Source: Bacteroidaceae bacterium | GTDB lineage: Bacteria > Bacteroidota > Bacteroidia > Bacteroidales > Bacteroidaceae | Assembly (NCBI GenBank): GCA_017407905.1 | Contig: JAFQVS010000045.1 | Coordinates: 8,940-72,939 of the forward strand | Direction: 5' to 3' | DNA length: 64,000 nucleotides | Shown: in pieces, positions 56,911 through 64,000 of the stretch | Layout of the letters: the number at the start of each line of letters is the position of its first letter | How positions within the stretch are numbered: the stretch's first letter is position 1 | Program-made: the position numbers and the translations under genes | Notes under the pieces: generated by a model | Told to the model about the DNA's origin: nothing | Seen by the model: only the letters and a program-made list of their open reading frames with translations | The model's database searches: none

Positions 56911-57837
56911 ATGACACTTCAACAGATGGAATACATTGTGGCCTTGGACAAATATCGCCACTTTGCGCGTGCCGCAGAATCGTGCGGCATCACGCAATCG
57001 ACACTCTCGTCCTTAATACAAAAGCTCGAAAATGAATTAGATGTAACAATATTTGACCGCAACAGCCATCCAATAAAGCCTACACAATTAGGAGAAGAGA
57101 TTATCATTCAAGCAAAAGTTTTGCTGTTCAATGCCTCACAAATAGAAGAAATAGTATCTTCACACAAAGGAGAGTCGGTTGGCAAAGTGCGCTTGGGCAT
57201 AGCCTCGACCATAGCACCATATATTCTGCCAAAAATGTTCAAGTACCTCTCAAAAGAACATCCCGACATTGACTTATATGTAGAAGAGGCCCGCGTAGCA
57301 ACAATAATACAAAAAATAGAACGCGCCGAGCTTGACCTTGCTCTGCTGGCTACGCCATTGAACAACAGCGAATTATTAGAGATACCAATATACACCGAAC
57401 GCTTCGTTGCTTATGTTTCACCAAACGAACAGATGTATGAGCACAAAGTGTTGGACACATCCACACTGCCAATTGAAAATGTCTGGGTGCTACGTGAGGC
57501 ATATTGTCCTAACCACGGCATCTTCCCATTTTGCCAATCGAAATCGGGCAAGCGGGCGACATACGAAGCCGGGAGCATTGAAACACTCGTCAAGATTGTT
57601 GACGAAAATGGAGGTTATACAATTATCCCCGAGTTACACGTTCCATTGCTCCATAATAATCAACAGAGCAACATCCGTCCCCTGCACAATCCCGAGCCGA
57701 CGCGTGAGATAGCCTTCGTAATACGACGCGACTACGCACGTGAACGTCTGCTCAACATATTGGCAGATGCCATAAAGAGTGTAATTCCAAAGGAAATGAT
57801 ATATGAAAGAGTAAAAAAATTCAAGATAAAATTATAA
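56911..57837 (+). CDS. oxyR: LysR-family regulator, OxyR-like (hydrogen peroxide-inducible genes activator)
   Basis: 308 aa. HTH region LQQMEYIVALDKYRHFARAAESCGITQSTLSSLIQKLE. Two Cys residues are spaced like the OxyR redox switch (YCPNHGIFPFC, 9 residues apart). It neighbours thioredoxin and a disulfide reductase. Confidence 0.75.
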   Translation: MTLQQMEYIVALDKYRHFARAAESCGITQSTLSSLIQKLENELDVTIFDRNSHPIKPTQLGEEIIIQAKVLLFNASQIEEIVSSHKGESVGKVRLGIASTIAPYILPKMFKYLSKEHPDIDLYVEEARVATIIQKIERAELDLALLATPLNNSELLEIPIYTERFVAYVSPNEQMYEHKVLDTSTLPIENVWVLREAYCPNHGIFPFCQSKSGKRATYEAGSIETLVKIVDENGGYTIIPELHVPLLHNNQQSNIRPLHNPEPTREIAFVIRRDYARERLLNILADAIKSVIPKEMIYERVKKFKIKL

Positions 57838-58013
57838 TGAGCTGCCAAAGAAGTGTCGTCGGGTAGATTTTTTATTATCTTTTACCGTCCCCGACAAGAC
57901 AGGCACACCGAAGAAGAGAAAGAGAAGCCGAAAGAACCTCGCTTATATAGAAATATTCTTTTACACCGCACGCCTGCTCTCTTAGCAGTTTGCCACAAAA
58001 ATATTTCACTTAC

Positions 58014-58053
58014 AAGGCAAGAAAGAAAAACAACCTTTCTTGCCTTATCTTTT
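58014..58053 (+). terminator. Orphan hairpin plus T-rich tail in the oxyR-peptidase spacer
   Basis: Perfect 12-bp stem AAGGCAAGAAAG (58014-58025) / CTTTCTTGCCTT (58035-58046), followed by ATCTTTT. It lies about 180 nt past the oxyR stop. Confidence 0.5.
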
Positions 58054-58215
58054 AATTTATATAGAGGCATAAGGGGTAATTATCGGCAAAAATGCCTATA
58101 TTCGCGCAATTGAGGAAACGGTTTAAATTTATACAGTCAATTTCCATATACAACAAAAAGATAAAGACAACGAGCGAAGCTGAGAATAGAGCTTCCAAAC
58201 AAACACATTACAATT

Positions 58216-60249
58216 ATGATAAAAAGAGTAATTTTAGGCATAATAGCCTGCCTTACAATCAGCAGCAGCACATTCGCCGACGAGGGAATGTGGCTGCCCA
58301 CCCTCATCAAAGAGCGCATCAAAGAGATGCGCAAGATGGGCTTTAAACTAAAAGCCGAGGATATTTATTCATCCGAAAAAGCCTCGTTAAAGGACGCGGT
58401 GGTACAATTCGGCGGAGGCTGCACAGGCGAGTTTGTATCGGAGCAGGGACTTCTGCTCACCAACCACCACTGCGGCTACGGCTCGATACAGAAGCTCTCG
58501 TCCGTCGAACACGACTACCTCACCTACGGCTATTGGGCACAGTCTATGGCCGAGGAGCTGCCCGTCCCCGGACTCACCGTCAGCCTGCTCGTGAGTATGG
58601 AGGACGTTACCGAGCGCTTGGCCGCAGGCGAGAAGCGCGAGGATATAATAGCCTCGGCAACAAAGGGCGAGGGCTATCGTGCCTCAATCGAGAGCATCTA
58701 CTATGGCAACCAACATATACTGTACGTCTATCAGACCTTCCGCGACGTGCGCCTCGTGGGTGCCCCTCCCTCGTCGATAGGAAAATTCGGCGGCGACACC
58801 GACAATTGGATATGGCCGCGCCACACGGGCGACTTTTCAATATTCCGCGTCTATGCCGACAGCAACAACCAGCCGGCCGATTACAGCAAAGAGAATGTCC
58901 CCTATCGCCCCAAGAGACACTTTAAAATATCGACCGACGGCATAAAAGAGGGCGACTTTACAATGATTTACGGATTCCCCGGAAACACACAGGAGTATGT
59001 AATCTCGGACGCCGTCGAGTATGTTGCCAACGTATCGAATCCGATGAAAATAGCCCTGCGCACACAACGCCTCGAAACAATAAGCGCGGCACAGGCCAAA
59101 GACCCCGCCGTGCGCATCGCCTATGCCGCCAAGCACGCAGGCATTGCCAACGGATGGAAAAAGTGGCAGGGCGAAAGCCTCGGCCTCGAACGCCTCGGCA
59201 CTGTTGAGAAGAAAAAACAGTACGAGGCCGCTTTTGCCGAGTGGGCCGCCGACAAGCCACAATACGCCTCGCTGCTCGACTCGATGCGCGCCGCATACGC
59301 CACCACCACCGAGGGCTATTTTGTGCGCGAGCTCTTCAACGAGACGATAGGCGCCATTGAGGCCTACTCCTATGCACGCGCCGCACAGAGCGCCATCGAC
59401 AGAAACGCAGGCGACTATTTTACACTCCCCAAAGACTACAATATTGACATCGACCGCACCATCGCCCGACAGATGATAGCTGAGTTTATGAAGCGTATGC
59501 CCACAAAATATATCCCCGAGGCACTACGCTCGGGCATTAAGGGCAGCGGCAGCATCGACGCCTACGTTGACAGCCTCTTTAACGGCACAAAAATATTGCG
59601 TCAAGGCCCCACAGCCTTAGAGAGCCTCGCGGGCGACCCTATGCTGGAGTTTGCAAAGATATTCGCCCCCATCGTCAGCCACAACAGCAGATACCTCTAT
59701 CGCAATCTAAGCAACGTCCCCTCAATAGAAAAGTGGTACCGCACATATATGCAGGCACTGCGCGAGTGGGACGGCAACCGCGCCTTCTACCCCGACGCCA
59801 ATTTCACACTGCGCGTGGCCTACGGCACAATATGCGGCTACGAGAATGCCGACGGCGAGTATCACACGCCGCTCACCACCCTCGACGGAATAATCGCAAA
59901 GGACAATCCCCAGATTTACGACTACGATATTCCGCAGGAGCTGCGCGACATTTACAAAAACAAGGAGTATGGTCGCTGGGCCATCGAGAAGGATGGTCGC
60001 ACCACCGTCCCCGTCTGCTTCCTTGCATCCAACCACACCTCGGGCGGAAACTCGGGCTCGCCCGTGATAAATGGTCGCGGCGAGCTTGTGGGCATCAATT
60101 TCGACCGCACGTGGCGCTCGACAATGAGCGACATTGAGTTCGACCCCACAATATGCCGCAACATCTCGGTTGATATTCGTTACGTCCTTTTTGTTGTCGA
60201 TTGCATAGGAGGCGCCGAGTATCTGCTGAAAGAAGTAGGCGTAAAATAA
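58216..60249 (+). CDS. S46-family dipeptidyl peptidase (DPP7/DPP11-like)
   Basis: 677 aa. After the signal peptide the mature N-terminus is DEGMWLP. The catalytic His lies in LLTNHHCGYG, and the catalytic Ser in GGNSGSPVIN. Confidence 0.9.
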   Translation: MIKRVILGIIACLTISSSTFADEGMWLPTLIKERIKEMRKMGFKLKAEDIYSSEKASLKDAVVQFGGGCTGEFVSEQGLLLTNHHCGYGSIQKLSSVEHDYLTYGYWAQSMAEELPVPGLTVSLLVSMEDVTERLAAGEKREDIIASATKGEGYRASIESIYYGNQHILYVYQTFRDVRLVGAPPSSIGKFGGDTDNWIWPRHTGDFSIFRVYADSNNQPADYSKENVPYRPKRHFKISTDGIKEGDFTMIYGFPGNTQEYVISDAVEYVANVSNPMKIALRTQRLETISAAQAKDPAVRIAYAAKHAGIANGWKKWQGESLGLERLGTVEKKKQYEAAFAEWAADKPQYASLLDSMRAAYATTTEGYFVRELFNETIGAIEAYSYARAAQSAIDRNAGDYFTLPKDYNIDIDRTIARQMIAEFMKRMPTKYIPEALRSGIKGSGSIDAYVDSLFNGTKILRQGPTALESLAGDPMLEFAKIFAPIVSHNSRYLYRNLSNVPSIEKWYRTYMQALREWDGNRAFYPDANFTLRVAYGTICGYENADGEYHTPLTTLDGIIAKDNPQIYDYDIPQELRDIYKNKEYGRWAIEKDGRTTVPVCFLASNHTSGGNSGSPVINGRGELVGINFDRTWRSTMSDIEFDPTICRNISVDIRYVLFVVDCIGGAEYLLKEVGVK

Positions 60250-60256
60250 AAACAAC

Positions 60257-61900
60257 GTGGAGAATAAAAAACCTGTAACTAAACTAATTGCTTGGCTGTG
60301 GCGCAACTCAAGAGGCGCCCGCCGACAAGCGCTGCTCAACACCGCAATGGGCCTTTTGGACGTTGCGTGCCAGCTGCTGTGGGTTCTTGCCTGCAAACGC
60401 GCAATTGACATTGCAACGGGCGAGGCCGAAGGGTCGCTGCTGCTCACGGGAGTAACAATCGGGGCGCTTATGCTCATCGAGATTCTCTCGCGTAGCGCCG
60501 GCCGCTGGATAAACGCCCTTATGGGAGTAAAGACGAGCAACCGCACCCGTCTGCACATCTTCTCGCGTCTGATGCGCAGCGAGTGGCTCTATCTGCAAAA
60601 GCACCACACGGGCGACCTTATCAACCGCCTCGAAGGCGACGTCAGCAACATAACGCTGCTTGTTACCGAGAGCGTCCCGGCGGTTATTGTGGTGCTTGTA
60701 CAGCTTGTCGGCAGCTTCGTGCTGCTCTTCAGTATGAACAGAATGCTGGCAGTCGTCATACTATTCATCCTGCCCGTCTGCCTGCTTGTGAGCCGCGTGT
60801 ATGTACGTTATATGCGCGACTACAACCGTCAGGTGCGCGACAGCGACAGCCGCATACAATCGGTGCTTCAAGAGAGCCTCCAGCACAAAGCCGTCATAAA
60901 AACCCTTGAACAGAACGACGCAACCGAGCAGCATCTGACGCGCCTGCAAGAGAGGCTTCACAGTCAGGTGCGCAGCCGTGCGAAATTCTCAATCGGGGCA
61001 TTTACCTTTGTGCAGTTGGGCTTTGCCGCCGGCTATCTGACAGCCTTCTTGTGGGGAGTGGGTGGCCTTTCGAGCGGAGCAATCACATTCGGCACACTGT
61101 CAGCCTTTTTGCAGTTGGTGGGCCTTATACAGCGTCCCACGATGGACCTCAGCCACTTCCTCCCCGGGATGGTGTCGGCACTCACCGCCGCCGAACGCCT
61201 CGCCGAGCTCGAAGAGCTCCCCGAGGAGCAGCAGGGCAACCGCATCATTCTTAAAAGTACCGCCGGAGTAAGATTCAGCAACGTCAATTTTGCCTACGAG
61301 GAGGGAAGCCGCACAATCCTTCGGAATTTCTCGTTCGATTTCAGCCCCAACAGCAGCACCGCCATCGTGGGCGAGACGGGCGCCGGAAAGACCACCATAA
61401 TACGCCTTTTGGTGGCACTCGTACAGCCCGTCAGCGGCACAATCGAGCTATATAATAGCAGCGAGAAGCACCTCTCGTCGCCCCTCACACGCGGCAATTT
61501 CGTGTATATCCCGCAGGGCAACAGCCTCATCAGCGGCACCATACGCGACAATCTCCTTATGGGCAACCCCGAGGCCACCGAGCAGCAGATGCGCGAGGCT
61601 CTGCACACAGCCTGCTGCCATTTTGTCGATGAACTGCCCGAGGGCATCGACACCCCCTTGAGCGAACAAGGCGGCGGACTGAGTGAGGGTCAGGCGCAAC
61701 GCATAGCCGTTGCACGCTCGCTTCTGCGTCCCGGCTCGATACTCATTTTAGACGAAATTACCTCGGCCCTCGACGAGGCAACCGAGGAGCAGCTGCTGGA
61801 GCGTCTCACCTCGGCAAAGACGGGAAAGACACTAATTTTCGTTACCCATCGTCCCGCCGCCCTCCGATACTGCACAAACGTCCTTAAAATAGAAAAATAA
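60257..61900 (+). CDS. ABC transporter, fused permease/ATP-binding protein (exporter type)
   Basis: 547 aa with a GTG start. The N-terminal half is TM helices. Walker A is GETGAGKTT, the signature motif is LSEGQAQR, and Walker B is ILILDE. Confidence 0.85.
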   Translation: MENKKPVTKLIAWLWRNSRGARRQALLNTAMGLLDVACQLLWVLACKRAIDIATGEAEGSLLLTGVTIGALMLIEILSRSAGRWINALMGVKTSNRTRLHIFSRLMRSEWLYLQKHHTGDLINRLEGDVSNITLLVTESVPAVIVVLVQLVGSFVLLFSMNRMLAVVILFILPVCLLVSRVYVRYMRDYNRQVRDSDSRIQSVLQESLQHKAVIKTLEQNDATEQHLTRLQERLHSQVRSRAKFSIGAFTFVQLGFAAGYLTAFLWGVGGLSSGAITFGTLSAFLQLVGLIQRPTMDLSHFLPGMVSALTAAERLAELEELPEEQQGNRIILKSTAGVRFSNVNFAYEEGSRTILRNFSFDFSPNSSTAIVGETGAGKTTIIRLLVALVQPVSGTIELYNSSEKHLSSPLTRGNFVYIPQGNSLISGTIRDNLLMGNPEATEQQMREALHTACCHFVDELPEGIDTPLSEQGGGLSEGQAQRIAVARSLLRPGSILILDEITSALDEATEEQLLERLTSAKTGKTLIFVTHRPAALRYCTNVLKIEK

Positions 61901-62013
61901 CCCCCACCGACTAAAAAAACGCCTCGGCACAATAAACGACAAAAAAGCGCGTTAATTCAAAAGATAGCCTGCCCCATAAAAAAAGCAAGGCATAAACACA
62001 ACTGCAAAATACT

Positions 62014-62607
62014 ATGATAGAATATCTTAGAGGAGAATTAGCCGAGATTACCCCCGCCACCGCAATAATAGAGTGCGCAGGAGTGGGCTACGAGACAAAC
62101 ATAACCCTTAACACATACAGCGTGCTGCAAGGGAAAAAAGATGTAAAAATATATATCTACGAGGTTATACGCGAGGACACTCACCAACTATACGGATTCC
62201 ACAGCAAAGACGAGCGCGCCCTCTTCCTCAAACTAATATCCGTCTCGGGAATAGGCGGAAACACCGCACGCACCATCCTCTCGGCCTTCACCGTTGCCGA
62301 GCTGTGCGAGGTAATCGCCACAGGCAACGAGACAGTGCTCAAGAGCGTCAAAGGTATCGGCCTAAAGACCGCGCAGCGCATAATCGTCGAGCTTAAGGAC
62401 AAGATAAAGGATATTTCCTCGGGCGCATCGGGCACAGCCGCGGTAAATATTGCATCGAGCAACGAGACAGCCGAGCAGGCAGTATCGGCCCTTGTGATGC
62501 TGGGTTTCCCCTCGGCCGCCGCAAACAAAGTAGTCCAGAATGTTGTAAAAGCCCAGCCCTCGGCCTCGGTCGAGCAGGTCATAAAGCTGGCCCTCAAACA
62601 ATTATAA
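62014..62607 (+). CDS. ruvA: Holliday junction branch migration complex subunit RuvA
   Basis: 197 aa. MIEYLRGEL..., GVGYE, LYGF and the HhH motifs [15 protein letters not shown] and [13 protein letters not shown]. Confidence 0.93.
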   Translation: MIEYLRGELAEITPATAIIECAGVGYETNITLNTYSVLQGKKDVKIYIYEVIREDTHQLYGFHSKDERALFLKLISVSGIGGNTARTILSAFTVAELCEVIATGNETVLKSVKGIGLKTAQRIIVELKDKIKDISSGASGTAAVNIASSNETAEQAVSALVMLGFPSAAANKVVQNVVKAQPSASVEQVIKLALKQL

Positions 62608-62619
62608 AAGAGAGCAACG

Positions 62620-64000
62620 ATGATACTGCGCGTGCTACTAATGTCGTTGATGATTCTCGCAAATATCCTCCCGATATTCGCGCAGGACGACACACGTGCA
62701 GCCCGCCGTCGAGCCCGCGAGCAGAGAATAGCCGCGCGCGACACTCTGAAGGCACGCTACCCCATTGCCCCGACAACCCCCGAGAGCCTCGACGACATAA
62801 AGAGCAACGCCTACGACCTGCACTCGCCGCAAAACATCGTAACCGACACAATATACAACGACAAGGACAGCACCTACACATTCCGCACACGCTTGGGCAG
62901 CGAGCTTCTTGGTGTCCCCATTATGCTCAAGCAACAGGAGTACTACCAATGGCATCTGAGCCAATCGGCCAAGCGCTATTTTCGCGAGAAGAACCAAAAA
63001 GAGTTCGAAGCGGCACAGAGCAAAGACAAATTCGACTTTACTGATATGCACTTCGACCTCGGCCCCGCCGAGAAAATCTTCGGCCCGGGAGGAGTGCGCA
63101 TAAAGACACAGGGTAGCGCCGAGATGAAAATAGGCTACTCGATGCAAAAGATAGACAACCCCTCGCTGCCCCAGCGCAGCCGCAGCACCAACAGCTTCGA
63201 TTTTGACGAGAAAATAAACCTCAACGTCAAAGGTAGCGTGGGCGACAAAATGAACCTCAACCTCAACTACAACACCGAGGCCACCTTCAGCTACGACGCA
63301 CAGAAGCTGAACCTAAAATACGAGGGCAAAGAGGACGAGGTAGTAAAGCTCATCGAGGCAGGCAACGTATCGTTCAACACAAACTCCAGCCTCATACGCG
63401 GCGCATCGTCGCTCTTTGGCATAAGAGCCGATTTTCAGTTCGGCAAGCTCTCGTTGCAGACAGTAGTGTCGCAAAAGACATCAAGCAGTACCTCGGTAAG
63501 CTCTAAGGGCGGCACACAACTCACCACATTCGAGATTGAGATTGCCAACTACGACGAGAATCGCCACTTTTTCCTTGCCCACTACTTCCGCGACAACTAC
63601 GACCGTTCTATGGCACAGTTGCCCACCATAATGTCGGGCGTAACCATCAACCGCGTCGAAGTGTGGATAACCAATAAGACCAGCGACTACAGCAACCCGC
63701 GCAATATTGTCGCCTTTACCGATATTGGCGAGAGTCGCCACATAAGCAACGCAATGTGGCAAGCCACGGGCAACCCCGGGGGGCTGCCCTCGAACAGCGC
63801 CAACAATCTGTACAGCACAATGAACAGCACCTACGGTGAGATTCGCAACATCGACAATGTAAACAACGTCCTCAGCAGCATAAACGGTATTAACGGCGGC
63901 CTCGACTACGAGAAACTATCGAACGCCCGTCTGCTCTCGGCCTCGGAATATACCGTAAACAAGGCCTTAGGATACATCTCACTCAAAAATGCCCTGCGCG
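62620..64000 (+). CDS. sprA: T9SS translocon protein SprA, 5' part only (runs off the window; absent from the ORF track)
   Basis: ATG at 62620 (MILRVLLMSLMILANILPIFAQ signal peptide). The frame stays open to base 64000. My own translation gives ...FDFTDMHFDLGPAEKIFGPGGVRIKTQGSAEM..., NLNYNTEATFSYDAQKLNLKYEG and VTINRVEVWITNK, which resembles the SprA N-terminal region as I remember it. Confidence 0.75.
   Translation, partial: MILRVLLMSLMILANILPIFAQDDTRAARRRAREQRIAARDTLKARYPIAPTTPESLDDIKSNAYDLHSPQNIVTDTIYNDKDSTYTFRTRLGSELLGVPIMLKQQEYYQWHLSQSAKRYFREKNQKEFEAAQSKDKFDFTDMHFDLGPAEKIFGPGGVRIKTQGSAEMKIGYSMQKIDNPSLPQRSRSTNSFDFDEKINLNVKGSVGDKMNLNLNYNTEATFSYDAQKLNLKYEGKEDEVVKLIEAGNVSFNTNSSLIRGASSLFGIRADFQFGKLSLQTVVSQKTSSSTSVSSKGGTQLTTFEIEIANYDENRHFFLAHYFRDNYDRSMAQLPTIMSGVTINRVEVWITNKTSDYSNPRNIVAFTDIGESRHISNAMWQATGNPGGLPSNSANNLYSTMNSTYGEIRNIDNVNNVLSSINGINGGLDYEKLSNARLLSASEYTVNKALGYISLKNALR

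Overview
The window reads as a Bacteroidales chromosome segment, judged from a T9SS porV-porU pair and sprA, a uppS-bamA-ompH-murI block, Rex, an S46 dipeptidyl peptidase and TAnnTTTG-type promoters. The family could be Muribaculaceae-like, but I cannot confirm this without a database search. About two thirds is densely packed core housekeeping: rbfA, murI, bamA, uppS, ribD, ispF, pyrE, argH, a hut operon (ftcD-hutU-hutH-hutI), a thioredoxin/CoA-disulfide-reductase fusion/OxyR redox locus, ruvA and the 5' part of sprA. I saw no rRNA, CRISPR array, transposase or integrase. There is one tRNA, tRNA-Leu(TAA). The main accessory region is a visibly AT-richer island of about 17.4 kb (about 29.4-46.8 kb) between tRNA-Leu and the hut operon. 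It encodes ten proteins, and every one has an N-terminal Sec or lipoprotein export signal. Three are TPR + CHAT (caspase-fold, His/Cys dyad) paralogs of 753, 1522 and about 1.5k aa, the last broken by a frameshift. The others are a translationally coupled run of small beta-barrel-like, membrane and lipoprotein genes, plus two DUF1566/FISUMP-type lipoproteins. I consider this exported TPR-CHAT envelope module the best candidate for an undescribed system. A second candidate is a single-gene 'Toll-like receptor topology' protein at 14399-16306: cytoplasmic TIR, acidic repeat linker, one TM helix, and eight periplasmic WG repeats. Smaller oddities are also reported: a 91-bp tandem repeat carrying a full Bacteroidetes promoter in each complete unit, and a polytopic membrane protein with a ribosomal L7/L12 C-terminal-like domain coupled to yciH/SUI1. 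The others are a recurrent TAT[AC]TTCGCGCAAT upstream motif and an orphan terminator. All calls come from reading the sequence and translations; no searches or computations were run.
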